Part shown: positions 12,225-26,164 of the stretch, piece by piece
Position numbering within the stretch: the stretch's first letter is position 1
Layout: every line of letters begins with the position of its first letter
Origin: Felis catus
Taxonomy: Eukaryota
Assembly: GCF_018350175.1 (NCBI RefSeq)
Contig: NC_058377.1
Span: forward strand, 61,628,001 to 61,692,000
Direction: 5' to 3'
DNA: 64,000 nucleotides
Notes under the pieces: generated by a model
The model's input: the letters and a program-made list of their open reading frames with translations, nothing else
Told to the model about the DNA's origin: nothing
Database searches by the model: none
Translations under genes and position numbers: made by a program

Positions 12225-13499
12225 AAAGAGTAAGATTTAGCTTTTAAGTATCCAAAATCTGTTTAAATAGTCACTGTGTACCCATAGTTTTCCATTTTCT
12301 GCTGCTCTCCAAGTATATTTTTCCTCCAAATAGTACTTAGGGAAAGACGCTCCTGTTTTATTCCACTTCAGATAACATAGCCAAGAAGTACTTTTTGTTC
12401 TCCTGTGGTGATAAGTAGAGAGTAATATTTATGCAAGAGGCCTTTGGTGAGTGATTTCCCAGTAGAATTCTCACCCCCTGAGATGTTCAACTTATCTGTG
12501 CCCTTGTGATATGGAGACTTAGGTTGAAGACAGTCTCAGACACCAGCCCACTTAGTCATTTATTGAATCAGTAGGTTAAGTATTCATTTAATATACATTT
12601 ATTGAACATATGAGCAGGGTTTTTTTTTTTTTTTTCTCTTCCCGAGAACCTACCATTCTAAAGATTCGAAAGAGGGCCAATGTCAGTTAAGTCCGGAATT
12701 TTAAAAAGCCTCATTACAACAGAATTGACTTGCTTCTTCCTCACATTGAGTTCTGCCCCTGGGAGTCATGATAAAAGGTTTAAGCCTCTTATAATGTAGG
12801 CAGATGTTTAAAAGTCCATACTGGCTTTTGTGTTTGATTTAATTGTTCTAACATGTTAAATTAGCCTCAGATTCTGACTTCATCTTGTGACCTATTTCCC
12901 ATCTTTGTCATACTAGCCCACCAGGCAGCTCCTCAGGCTAACCTTCTTCTGAATGCACCCTGTTTCCCTGTGAGACCTTTTCTAGAATCCTGTCTATTGT
13001 TATTGCTTGCCCTGAACCCCTCTCCGCATTAGATAACTTAGCCTGCTATTTTTAATTGTCTCCTTCGTTGAATGATTGGAGTGTTTGCTTTTGGAAGACA
13101 AATCTGTTAGCCTCAGCCTCAAGCACTTACCTTCTTTTATTTCTCAAACACCATTTTTATTCTTTCATGAGATTTTCTTCCAAATATTCTTTCTGCCTAA
13201 GATGCTCTTTTCACAGAGATGGTCTTTCCCATCTTCTCCCCAACCTCTCCTCCGCTTTTAAAACCAGCCTGTCCCTTTCGTCTTCAATTCAACTATTACT
13301 TCTCAGGAAGCCCCTTAACTAAGACAGATTTCCCCTGCATATCTATTATTTGGGTAACCATATTTATCTTTATATAACTTGTTGAATTTACAATTTGATA
13401 TTCATTAGCCTACATAAGAGACTAAGGTCTCTACTAAGTTCCCTGAGAGGGGGCATAGTGTTAATTTTTATTCACCATTGTAGCCTGAAATTTACACCT

Positions 13500-14520
13500 C
13501 AAAGTCCTCACCTCTCCTGTGAGCTCATACTCATGGATACAGCTGCCTACTTTGATATCTTCATCTGGATATTTCATCTCAAACTCAAATTATAACAAAA
13601 AATATTTGGTTTTCCTCATAAAATGCTTTCACCAATCACAATATTGCTTAAGAAAACTCTCAAGAATCTCTCAATTCTTCCCTTTCCTTCCCTTTCCTGG
13701 ATATCAAATCCTTCATCTATTTCTATAGTTTCCACCCTAAAACATACCCAGAATGTGTCCACTTCTTACCTATACATTACACACTATCACTGTACTGGTA
13801 AACAACATCATCAACTGTTCCTTGGCTATTGTAATTGGCTAATTTACCAGCTAGATTTATTGTTTTGCACTTGCCCCCTAAAGTTGTATTCTCCCCAAAG
13901 AAACCAGATTGCTTTTCTGCAAACATCTACTGGATCACATGAGCTTATGTTAAACAAAACAAAGCAAAGCAAAACAAAACAAATGCCACTGATGGATTTT
14001 CATTGCTCTTAAAATAAAAAATAATTTATTTCTCATAGTCAGAAAACTTTAAATGATCTGACCCTCACAAACCTCTCCATCTACATCATAGACCACTGTT
14101 ATTTTAGCTCCCTAATATCCAGGAATCTTTAATTCCTCAAAACAAATTAAGAGTATTCCTGCCTCAGAGTCTTTGTTCTTAATCTTCTCTCTGCTTAGAA
14201 AGATCTGTTTCAAGTATTTGCACAAAACCTCTTTTCTTCATTTAGGATTCTCCCGCTCCAGATGACATAGCCAACAATTACTTTTTCTTCTTTGGTAAAG
14301 TTCATTGTGGCTTCCTCAGAGGGGTTTTTGTAACCCACCAACATTTCTTCTTTCTCTCAAATAAGTTACTCTTAGCACAATACCCTGCTTTGTGTTTATA
14401 CCACTTATTGTATGCTGATTTTCCATTAGATCTATTGGAAGTTCTGGAAGACCAGGAGCCATGTCTGGTTTATGCTCACTGAAACGCAAAATGAGGTTTA
14501 GCACCAAGTGGGCATTTAGC
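13500..14520. mobile_element. Ancient L2-like fragments
   Basis: Degenerate pyrimidine-rich L2-like motifs (CATCTCAAACTCAA; AATAATTATTGAAT 3' end). Confidence 0.45.
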
Positions 14521-14594
14521 AAATAATTATTGAATTATTTGAATTAATTTATGAGTTAAGAGCTGCACAATTACAAAGGTATAAAAACAAGTTA

Positions 14595-14785
14595 GGATTG
14601 CCTGGGTGGATCAGTCAGCTAAGCATCCAATTCCTGATTTCAACTCAGGTCATGATCTCACAGTTTATGGGTTCAAGCTACATAGCCTGCTTGGGATTTC
14701 TCTCTCTCCCTCTCTCTCTATCCCTCCCTTGCTTGCATGTCTTCTCTCAAATAAATAAACACCAACATCAAAAAAAAAAAAAAAG
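14595..14785 (+). mobile_element. Degenerate CAN-SINE
   Basis: CCTGGGTGGATCAG head, (CT)n, A tail. Confidence 0.85.
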
Positions 14786-15893
14786 AAAACAAGCTAAATT
14801 CAAATACATTGTAAAAAATGTTGTGAAATCTAAACACTCATATCTTGAAGTACACATCTGGCCCTTGCTAGCCATTTGCTACAAAATATGTGTCATCCTA
14901 TGAAAGTTTTATATAATATGTAAAACAGATGCAGCACTAGGCATTCCTGCTGACCCTGAACACAATACTCAGAACCCAAATATGATTCTTATCATTCACA
15001 ACCTGACCCAGACATGGAAGCTTGGCCATGGGATTGGTATCAAAAGATTGAAACATTCTGTGAGTATAGGCATACATTAAAAGCCATACTCTCATTCAAG
15101 CTTCTTCAGACTAGCCACGAAGGTTAATGGTGCTGCCTCAATGTTGGAGAATTTTTTTTAATTCTATTTTGAGATAGGGTGGAAATTAGGAGAAGATAGG
15201 GCTGACGAGATGAATAAATAAAGATTTCAAGAAGAAAGTGGTTAGATATGTCAGATGCACTGTATGCTCCATCTGTATCAACAAGGGAAAAAAGAATATC
15301 ATTTCCCCAAACATCATGCTATGCTATGGTCCCTCAAAGTCAGTGTGTGTAATATTTCTTTCTGAATTTCTAGCAACCAGAACAATGCCAGGCACAAAAT
15401 AAATAATTAGTGAGGACAAGCAGCAGTGAAGTTGAGTCGAGGGCAGTGGTAGGAGATTATGGGGCTGGCTCCGTACGCTTTGTCTGGAATGTTGATTTGG
15501 AAACCCTATCTGTGATCAAATTAAACAGACCGTTCTTTCAGAAGAGTCTTTTCTTACATCCTTTAATTCAAACTTACCTACATGTTCAGTTACCTCTGCA
15601 TTTCTTTTATTTATTTTTTTTTCTGTTCTTTGGAAATGATCCTCTATTTGATTACTTGCTGCCTTTTTCTCAGATTAGGAAGGGTAATGACCAACAGTCT
15701 GTATTTACCCTAAAGGAATAAAGGAAGATTGTTGGATCTAAAAGTCAGAGCCTTTTCAGTATATTGAATAAAAAACATCTGTTTGCCAGGATAGTCCAGG
15801 TTTCTGCTTGTTTACTCATAGCATTATTTAATGACACTCATACACAACCTGCTTTGGACAATAAATTAAATGGTCTCATTCTTTGAGTAATCC

Positions 15894-15946
15894 CTCTAAT
15901 GGTCCCATTTGGACACCAGAAGGGGGTAGAAGCAGCCCATTGAATT
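15894..15946 (+). promoter_or_regulatory. Orthologue of the beta-globin 3'HS1 CTCF site (core CCAGAAGGGGGTAG, 15916-15929)
   Basis: 12/14 match to CCASYAGRKGGCRS. Flanks CTCTAATG...AGAAG...TGAATT match the 3'HS1 site as I recall it. Lies between HBB and OR51V1. Confidence 0.7.
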
Positions 15947-16602
15947 GTCCCCTCTTCAGGGATGCATAAAGCAAGTTTACTTTAGAACTGGGTAAGTGTA
16001 AGTGAGGCCAAGCCCTTCAGAGTCTTGGCATGGCTGAAGAAATAAGACCCTTCTATAACACTGATCCAAAAAACTGGGCGTTCAGGAGTTCTCAGTGTGT
16101 TAGCGTTGGAGGTGACTTATTTACCACAAACCCACAATAGGCTTAAAATCCCAGTTTACAGGGATGGTTAGTTACTATTATTCATTTTGTGAATATTCTC
16201 TTTATTATGTATTATTTATTTATCTATTCTTATTATATATTTCTTACTAATTGTATTATATAAGATGTCTATAAATAATAATCTCATTATAGTTAAAATA
16301 TTGAAAAATGATTATCCATAATTTAGAACCATGATAAAAATTTAACTGTGGTCATTCTGGTGTTTGAGAAGTTTCTGTCAGGATTCTTATAGTTTGATTG
16401 TACTATGATTCAAATGATCTGTATCAAGGAAATTTATCTGTTTTAACGCTTCTTCTATATTTAAGACAATGTAAGAAAACTGAAATAAAAACCAGACATA
16501 ATAAGATGTCAAACACTGAATGAAAGACAAAAAACAAGCGGAAGTGGTTGTAAGTGGCAACTAAATCTATCTTTAATCATACTAAAATAAGCAATTAATT
16601 TT

Positions 16603-16666
16603 TTTTGCGGGGGGAGAGTGTGTGCAAAAGTGGGAGAGAGGGGCAGAGGGAGAGAGACAGAGAGAG

Positions 16667-16707
<41 letters not shown>

Positions 16708-16828
16708 CTTAAGTAGTCTCCATGCTCAGCACCAAGCCTAATGAGGGACTCAATCTCAAAACACTGGGATTATGACCTGAGTTGAAGTCAAGAGTCAGAT
16801 ACTCAACCCACTGAGCAACCGAGCCCCA
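16603..16828 (-). mobile_element. Older CAN-SINE with (GA)n
   Basis: Antisense head at about 16760-16828, GA tract 16650-16704. Confidence 0.85.
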
Positions 16829-17245
16829 GCAGTTAATTTTTTTAGTATAAACACTGTAAGTGTTACAAATGTTTTTTTTTAATTTTTTTTAAATTTACAT
16901 CCAAGTTAGTTAGTATATAGTGCAACAATGATTTCAGGAGTAGATTCCTCAATGCCCCTTACCCATTTAGCCCATCCCCCCCCTGCCACAAACCCTCCAG
17001 TAACCCTCTGTTTGTACTCCATATTTAAGAGTCTCTTATGTTTTGTCCACCTCCCTGTTTTTATATTATTTTTGTTTCCCTTCCCTTATGTTCATCTAGT
17101 TTGTCTCTTAAAGTTCTCATATGAGTGAAGTCATATGATGTTTGTCTTTCGCTGACTAATTTCACTTAGCATAATACCCTCCAGTTCTATCCATGTAGTT
17201 GCCAATGGCAAGATTTCATTCTTTTTGATTGCCGAGTAATACTCC

Positions 17246-17248
<3 letters not shown>

Positions 17249-17288
<40 letters not shown>
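17249..17288. repeat. (AT)n microsatellite within L1
   Basis: Read directly. Confidence 0.95.
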
Positions 17289-17291
<3 letters not shown>

Positions 17292-19104
17292 ATCTTCTTT
17301 ATCCATTCATCCATCGATGGACATTGGGGCTCTTTCCATACTTTGGCTATTGTTGATAGTGCTACTATAAACATGGGGGTGCATGTGTCCCTTCGAAACA
17401 GCCCACCTGTATTCCTTGGATAAATACCTAGTAGTGCAATTGCTGGGTCATAAGGTAGTCCTATTTTTAATTTTTTGAGGAACCTCCATACCGTTCTCCA
17501 GAGTGGCTGCAACAGCTTGCATTGCCACCAACAATGCAAAAGAGATTCTCTTTCTCCAATCCTCACCAAAGTCTGTTGTTGCCTGAGTTGTTAATGTTAA
17601 TGATTCTGACAGATGTAAGGAGGTATCTCATAGTGGTTTTGATTTGTATTTCCCTGATGATAAGTGATGTTGAGCATTTTTTAATGCGTCAGTTGGCCAT
17701 CTGGATGTCTTCTTTGGAGAAGTGTCTATTCATGTCTTTTGCCCATTTCTTCGCTGGATTCTTTGTTTTGTGGGTGTTGAGTTTGATAAGTTCTTTATAG
17801 ATTTTGGATACTAACCCTTTATCTGATATGTCATTCGCAAATATCTTCTCCCATTCTGTCAGTTGCCTTTTAGTTTTGCTGATCATTTCCATTGCTGTGC
17901 AGAAGCTTTTTATTTTGATGAGGTCCCAGTAGTTCATTTTGGCATTTGTTTCCCTTGCCTCCAGAGACGTGTTGAGTAAGAAGTTGCTGCAGCCAAGATA
18001 AAAGATGTTTTTGACTGGTTTCTCCTGGAGGATTTTGATGGCTTCCTGTCTTACATGTAGGTCTTTCATCCTTTTGAGTTTATTTTTGTGTATGGTGTAA
18101 GAAAGTAGTCCAGGTTCAGTCTTCTTCAGGTTGCTATCCAGTTTTCCCAGCACCACTTGCTGGAGAGACTGTCTTTATTCCACTGGATATTCTTTCCTGC
18201 TTTGTCAAAGATTAGTTTGCCATACGTTTGTGGATCCATTCCTGGGTTGTATATTCTGCTCCACTGATCTGAGTGTCTGTTCTTATGCCAGTACCATACT
18301 GTCTTGATGATTACAGTTTTGTAGTATAGCTTGAAGTCCAGGACTGTGATGCCTCCTGCTATGGTTTTCTTTTTCAAGATCGCTTTGGCTATTCAGGGTC
18401 TTTGCTGTTTCCATACAAATTTTAGGATTATTTGTTCTAGCTCTNNNNNNNNNNNNNNNNNNNNNNNNNNNNNNNNNNNNNNNNNNNNNNNNNNNNNNNN
18501 NNNNNNNNNNNNNNNNNNNNNNNNNNNNNNNNNNNNNNNNNNNNNNNNNNNNNNNNNNNNNNNNNNNNNNNNNNNNNNNNNNNNNNNNNNNNNNNNNNNN
18601 NNNNNNNNNNNNNNNNNNNNNNNNNNNNNNNNNNNNNNNNNNNNNNNNNNNNNNNNNNNNNNNNNNNNNNNNNCAATTTTGAATGGGATTGATTCCTTGA
18701 TTTCTCCTTTTGTTGCTTCATTTTTGGTGAATAGGAATGCAACCGATTACTGTGCCTTGATTTTATATCCTGCAATTTTGCTGAATTCATGAATCAGTTC
18801 TAGCAGTTTTTTGGTGGAATCCTTTGGGTTTTCCATATATAATATCATGTCATCTATGAAGAGTGAAAGTTTGACCTCCTCCTGGCTTATTTGGATGCCT
18901 TTTATGTCTTTGTGCTGTCCCTTGCAGAGGCTAAGACTTCAGTACTATGTTGAATAACAGTGGCAAGAGTGGACATCCCTGTCTTGTTCCTGACCTTAGA
19001 GGGAAAGCTCTCAGTTTTTCCCCATTGAGGATGATATTAGCTTTGGGTCGTTCATATATGGCTTCTATGATCTCGAGGTATGATCCTTCTATCCCTACTT
19101 TCTT

Positions 19105-22100
19105 TTTTTTCCCTTTTTTTAAAAATGAAATTTATTGTCAAATTGGTTTCCATAAAACACCCAGTGCTCATCCCAACAGGTGCCCTCCTCAATGCCCATC
19201 ACCCACTTTCCCCTCCCTCCCAACCCCCATCATCCCTCAGTTTATTCTCAGTTTTTAAGAGTATCTTATGATTAGGCTCCCTCCCTCTCTTTTTTTTCCC
19301 TTCCCCTCCCCCAAGGTCTTCTGTTAAGTTTCTTAGGATCCACATAAGAGTGAAAACATATGGTATCTGTCTTTCTCTGTATGACTTATGTCACTTAGCA
19401 TAACACTCTCCTGTTCCATCCATGTTGCTACAAAAGGCTATATTTCATTCTTCTCATTGCCACATACTATTCCATTGTGTATGTAAACCACAATTTCTTT
19501 ATCCATTCATCAGTTGGTGGACATTTACTCTCCTTCCATAATTTGGCTATTGTTGAAAGTGCTGCTATAAACATTGGGGTACAAGGGCCCCTATCCCTCA
19601 GGACTCCTGTATCCCTTGGGTAAATTTCTAGTAGTGCTATTACTGGGTCCTAGGGCAGATCTATTTTTAATTTTTTGAGGAACCTCCACACTGTTTTCCA
19701 GAGCGGCTGCACCAGTTTGCATTCCTATCAACAGGGTAAGAGGGTTCCCATTTCTCCACATCCACTCCACACCTATAGTCTCCTGTTTTATTCATTTTAG
19801 CCACTCTGACTGNNNNNNNNNNNNNNNNNNNNNNNNNNNNNNNNNNNNNNNNNNNNNNNNNNNNNNNNNNNNNNNNNNNNNNNNNNNNNNNNNNNNNNNN
19901 NNNNNNNNNNNNNNNNNNNNNNNNNNNNNNNNNNNNNNNNNNNNNNNNNNNNNNNNNNNNNNNNNNNNNNNNNNNNNNNNGTTTGGTGAGTTCTTCATAG
20001 ATTTTGGATACTAGCCCTTTGTCTGATATGTCATTTGCAAATATCTTTTCCCATTCTGTTGGCTGCCTTTTAGTTTTGTTGTTTCCTTTTCAGTGCAGAA
20101 GCTGTTTATCTTCATGAGGTCCCAAGAGTTCATTTTTGCTTTTAATTCCCTTGCTTTTGGAGATGTGTCAAGTAAGAAATTGCTGCAGCTGAGGTCAGAG
20201 AGGTTTTTTTTCCTGCTTTCTCCTCTAGGGTTTTGATGGTTTNNNNNNNNNNNNNNNNNNNNNNNNNNNNNNNNNNNNNNNNNNNNNNNNNNNNNNNNNN
20301 NNNNNNNNNNNNNNNNNNNNNNNNNNNNNNNNNNNNNNNNNNNNNNNNNNNNNNNNNNNNNNNNNNNNNNNNNNNNNNNNNNNNCTTTCTTGCTTTGTCA
20401 AAGATGAGTTGGCCATACGTTTGTGTGTCTAGTTCTGGGGTTTCTATTCTATTCCATTGGTCTGTGTGTCTGTTTTTGTGCCAATACCGTGCTGTCTTGA
20501 TGATTACAGTTTTGTAGTAAAGGCTAAAGTATGGGATTATGATGTCTCCTGCTTTGGTCTTCTTCAATATTACTTTGGCTATTCAGGGTCTTTTGTGGTT
20601 CCATACAAATCTTACGATTGCTTGTTCTAGCTTTGAGAAGAATGTTGGTGCAATTTTGGTTGTTGTTTGATTGTTGCATTGAATGTGTAGATAGCTTTGG
20701 GTAGTATTGACATTTTAACAATATTTATTCTTCCAAAGCATGAGCACGGAATGTTCTTCCATTTCTTTGTATGTTCTTCAATTTCCTTCATAAGCTTTCT
20801 ATAGTTTTCAGCATACAGATCTTTTACATCTTTGGTTAGGTTTATTCCTAGGTATTTTATGCTTCTTGGTGCAATTGTGAATGGGATCAGTTTCTTTATT
20901 TGTCTTTCTGGTGCTTCATTGTTAGTGTATAAGAATGCAACTGATTTCTGTACATTGATTTTGTATCCTGCAACTTTGCTGAATTCCTGTATCAGTTCTA
21001 GCAGACTTTTGGTGGAGTCTATCGGATTTTCCATGTATAATATCATGTCATCTGCAAAAAGTGAAAGCTTGACTTCATCTTTGCCAGTTTTGATGCCTTT
21101 GATTTTGTTTTGTTGTCTGATTGCTGATGCTAGCACTTCCAACACTGTATTAAACAACAGTGGTGAGACTGGATATCCCTGTCGTGTTTCTGATCTCAGG
21201 GGGAAAGCTCTCAGTTTTTCCACATTGAGGATGATATTAGCTGTGGGCTTTTCATAAATGGCTTCTATGATGTTTAAGTATGTTCCTTCTATCCCGACTT
21301 TCTCAAGGGTTTTTATTAAGGAAGGATGCTAAATTTTGTCAAAGGCCTTTTCTGCATTGATTGAGAGGATCATATGGNNNNNNNNNNNNNNNNNNNNNNN
21401 NNNNNNNNNNNNNNNNNNNNNNNNNNNNNNNNNNNNNNNNNNNNNNNNNNNNNNNNNNNNNNNNNNNNNNNNNNNNNNNNNNNNNNNNNNNNNNNNNNNN
21501 NNNNNNNNNNNNNNNNNNNNNNNNNNNNNNNNNNNNNNNNNNNNNNNNNNNNNNNNNNNNNNNNNNNNNNNNNNNNNNNNNNNNNNNNNNNNNNNTGGTT
21601 TAGGAATCTAAGTAATGCTGGCTTCATAGAATGAGTCTGGAAGTTTTCCTTCCCTTTCTATTTTTTGGAGCAGCTTCAGAAGGATAGGTATTATCTCTGC
21701 TTTAAATGTCTGGTAGAATTCCCCAGGGAAGCCGTCTGGTCCAGGACTCTTATTTGTTGGGAGATTTTTGATAACTGATTCAATTTCTTCACTGGTTATG
21801 GGTCTGTTCAAGTTTTCTATTTCATCCTGTTTGAGTTTTGGAAGTGTGTGGGTACTTAGGAATTTGTCCATTTCTTCCAGGTTGTCCAGTTTGTTGGCAT
21901 ATAATTTTTCATAGCATTCCGTGATAATTGCTTTTATTTCTGAGGGATTGGTTGTAATAATTCCATTTTCTTTCATGATTTTATCTATTTGGGTCATCTC
22001 CCTTTTCTCTTTTAGAAGCCTGGCTAGAGATTTATCAATTTTGTTCATTTTTTTTCAAAAAACCAACTCTGGTGTCATTTATCTGCTCTACAGTCTTTTT

Positions 22101-25067
22101 TAGATACTATATTGTTTATTTCTGTTCTGATCTTTATTATTTCTCTTCTTCTGCTGGGTTTGGGGTGTCTTTGCTGTTCTGCTTCTAGTTTCTTATGTGT
22201 GCTGTTAGTTTTTGAATTTTGGATTTTTCTTGTTTGTTGAGATAGGCCTGGATTGCGATGTATTTTCCTCTCAGAAGTACCTTTGCTGCATCCCAAAGCG
22301 TTTGAATTGTTGTATTTTCATCTTCATTTGTTTCCACATATTTTTAAATTTCTTCTCTAATTGCCTGGTTGACCCATTCATTCTTTAGTAGGGTGTTCTT
22401 TAACTCCATGCTTTTGGAGGTTTTCCAGACTTCTTCCTGTTATTGATTTCAAGTTTCATAGCACTGTGGTCTGAAAGTGTGCATGGTATGATCTCAATTT
22501 TTGTATACTTATGAAGTATATGAAGTATATACTTATGAAGTATGTGACCCAGTATGTGGTCTATCTTGGAGAATGTTCCATGGGCATTCGAGAAGAAAGT
22601 ATATTCTGGTGCCCTAGGATGCAGAGTTTTGTATATACATCTGTCAAGTCCATCTGATCCAATGTATCATTCAGGGCCCTTGTTTCTTTATTGATCCTGT
22701 GTCTAGATGATCTATGCATTGTTGTTAGTGGGGTATTAAAGTCCCCTACAATTACCACATTCTTATCAATAAGATTGCTTATGTTTGTGATTAATTGTTT
22801 TACATATTTGACGGCTGCTGATATCAGTGCATAGATATTTATAATTGTTACCTCTTCCTGATGGATAGACCCTGTAATTATTATATAATGCCCTTCTTCA
22901 TCTCTTGTTACAGGTTTTAATTTAAAGTCTATTTTGTCTGATCTAAGTATGGCTATTCCAGCTTTCCTTTGACTTCCAGTAGCATGATAGATAGTTTTCC
23001 ATCCCCTCACTTTCAATCTGAAGGTGTCCTCAGGTCTAAAATGAGTCTCCTGTAGACAGCAAATAGATGGGTCTTGTTTTTTTATCCATTCTGATACCCT
23101 ATGTCTTTTGGTTGGAGCATTTAGTCCATTTACATTCAGTGTTATTACTGAAAGATGTGGGTTTGGAGTCATTGTGATTTCTGTAGGTTTCATGCTTGTA
23201 GTGATGTCTCTGGTACTTTGCAGTCCTTGAACATTTCACTCACAGAATCCCCCTTAGGATCTCTTTTCAGATGGTTGATTGGTGATGAATCCCTTCAGTT
23301 TTTGTTTGTTTGGGAAAACCTTTATCTCTCCTATTCTGAATGACAGACTTGCTGGATAAAGGATTTTCAGCTGCATATTTTTTCTGTTCAGCACATTGAA
23401 GATTTCCTGCCATTCATTTCTTGCCTGCCAAGTTTCAGTAGATAGGTCTGCCACTACTCTTATATGTCTACCTTTGTAAGTTAGAGCCTGTTTATCCCTA
23501 GCTGCTTTCAGAATTTTCTCTTTACCCGTGTATTTTGCCAGTTTCACTATATGTCGTGCAGAAGATCGATTCAAGTTATGTGTGAAGGGAGTTCTCTGTG
23601 CCTCTTGGATTTCAATGCTTTTTCCCTTCCCCAGATCAGGGAAGTTCTCAGGTATGATTTGTTCAAGTGCACCTTCAGCCCCTTTCTCTCTCTCTCCTTC
23701 CTCTGGAATTCCTATGATATGGATATTGTTCTGTGTGATTGCACCACTTAGTTCTCTAATTCTCCCCTCATACTCCTGGATTGTTTTATCTCTCTTTTTC
23801 TCAACTTCCTCTTTTTCCATAATTTTACCTTCTAATTCAACTATTCTCTCCTCTGCTTCTTCAATCCTTGCTCTAACTGCCTCAAGTTTATTTTATACCT
23901 CATTTACAGCATTTTTTAGCTCCTCATGACTATTTCTTAGTTTCTTGATCTCTGTAGCAATAGATTCTCTGCTGTCCTCTATGCTTTTTTCAAGCTCAGT
24001 GATTAATTTTATGACTATTATTCTAAATTCTTGTTCTATTATATTACTTAAATCGTTTTCAATCAATTCATTAGCTGTCACTACTTCCTGGAGTTTCTTT
24101 TGAGGAGAATTCTTCCGTTTTGTCATTTTGGGTAGTCCCTGCAGTGGCGTGGAACTGCAGGGCACTTCCCCTGTGCTGTCCTGAGTAACTTGTGTTGGTG
24201 GGGGGCCACAGTCAGACCTGATGTCTGCCCCCAGCTCACCGCTGGGGCCAGTCAAACTGGTGTGTACCTTATCTTCCCTTCTCCCAGGGGCAGGACTCAC
24301 TGTGGAGTGGTGTGGCCCTGTCTGGGCTACTTGCACACTGCCAGGCATGCGGTGCTGCTTCCATGGGATCTGGCCTAGGGCGTATTAGCCGGGTTGGATC
24401 CTTAAGGTGCACAGGGGTGGGAGAGGCAGGCTTAGCTCGCTTTGCCATCAGTGGTCCCCTGCAGGAGGGGACCTGCAGCACCGGAGGGAGGCAGGTCTAG
24501 AGGAGGGATGGATCCACAGAAGCACAGCATTGGGCGCTTGCACAGTGCAAGCAAGTTCAATGATGGGAACTGGCTCCCTTTGGAATTTCGGCTGGGGGAT
24601 GGGAGAGGGAGATGATGCTTGCCAGTGCCTTTGTTCCACCAGCGAGCTGAGCTCTGTCTTCCAGGGCTCAACAACTCTCCCTCCCATTGTCCTTTCTCCC
24701 TCTCCACTCTCCGAGAGCAGAGCTATTGACTTTTAACATTCCAGATGTTAACTCCCCCTGGCTGTCAGAACTCATGAAGTCTGGTGCCTCCGCTTTTGCA
24801 AGCCAGACTTCAGGGGCTCTGCCTTGCCAGGCGGGCTGCCCTTCCACTGCCCCAGCTCCCTCCCACCAGTCTGTGTACCATGCACTGCGTCTCCTTCCTT
24901 GCTACCCTCTTCCATGGGCCTCTTGTCTACACTTGGCTCTGGAGTGTCTGTTCTGCTAGCCTTCTGCCAGTTTTCTGGGTTATTTATGCAGATGTGGGTG
25001 GAATCTAAGTGATCAGCAGGATGAGGTGAGCCCAGCATCCTCCTATGCCGCCATCTTCCCAGGTCTC
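19105..25067 (-). mobile_element. Full-length (about 6 kb) LINE-1 nested in ORF2 of the host L1; ORFs disrupted
   Basis: 5' end GAGACCTGGGAAGATGGCGG; ORF1 ATG 24126; ORF2 ATG 23172 with endonuclease motifs (CCLQETH, GDFNTPL) and RT (LFADDMILY); poly-A at about 19105. 16-bp TSD CTATCCYTACTTTCTT at 19089-19104 and 25068-25083 (1 mismatch). Confidence 0.95.
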
Positions 25068-26150
25068 CTATCCTTACTTTCTTAAGGGTTTTTATCAAGA
25101 AAGGATGCTGTATTTTGTCAAACGCTTCCTCTGTATCTATTGAGAGGATCATATGGTTCTTGTTCTTTCTTTTATTGATGTGATGAATCACATTTATTGT
25201 TTTGCGGATATGGAACCAGCCCTGCATTCCAGGTATAAATTCCGCTTGGTAGTGGTGAATAATTGTTTTAATGTATTGTTGGATCCGGTTGGCTAATATC
25301 TTGTTGAGGATTTTTGCATCCATGTTCATCAGGGAAAATGGTCTATAGTTCTCCTTTTCAGTGGGGTCTCTGGTTTTGGAATCAAGGTAATGCTGGCCTC
25401 AGAGAAAGTTTGGAAGTTTTCCTTCCATTTCTATTTTTTGGAACAGCTTCAAGAGAATAGGTGTTAACTCTTCCTTAAATGTTTGGTAGAATTCCCCTGG
25501 AAAGCCATCTGGCCCTGGACTCTTGTTTTTTGGGAAATTTTTGATTACTAATTTGATTTCTTTACTGGTTATGGGTCTGCTCAAATTTTCTATTTCTTCC
25601 TGTTTCAGTTTTCATAGTGTATATGTTTCTAGGGAAAAAAAAAATTGAATAAATGATGCTAGATCCTAGGTGTGTTTGGGTCTGCGTGTTGAAAGTGGCT
25701 TGTTCGATTAGAGAAAAAAGGGGGAAAAAAGAAATCATTTGAAAATTTGAAAAAATGAATACACTAAAGTAGACTAAAATGAAATGATAGAAGTAAAATA
25801 AAATTTGAACAAATTTACAAAAAAGCAAAAAATATAGTAGAAAAAATTCTAGAAAAATATTTTTAATTAAAACTGAAAATAAAAATGAAGTTTTTCTCTT
25901 TCTGTATTCAAGAAAAATAAAAGAAACAGAAGAGAGAAAAAATAAATAAAAATTAAAATTAAGAAAAGAAAGAAAATTGAATAGATGGACCAGATAACAA
26001 CTGAAATATGACTGAAATTGCTTTATTTTCCCCTAGAAGTCAAACTATGAAGCGCTTTATAGTCCATAAACTAAGCAGGCGGTGAGACTTGTGTTCTTGA
26101 AGAGCAAGGTTGGCCCAGTTGGCTGGGGCTTAGTGTAATGGCTCTGTTCT

Positions 26151-26164
26151 CCACTAGATGGTGC
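26151..26164 (+). promoter_or_regulatory. CTCF-like motif CCACTAGATGGTGC inside the host L1 5'UTR
   Basis: 13/14 match to CCASYAGRKGGCRS; the mismatch is consistent with CpG decay. Binding is not demonstrated. Confidence 0.45.

Noticed and set aside
18331-21634. ORFs with long X runs
   Set aside because: Artefacts of N gaps (also at 44.5-45 kb and 62.1-62.3 kb).
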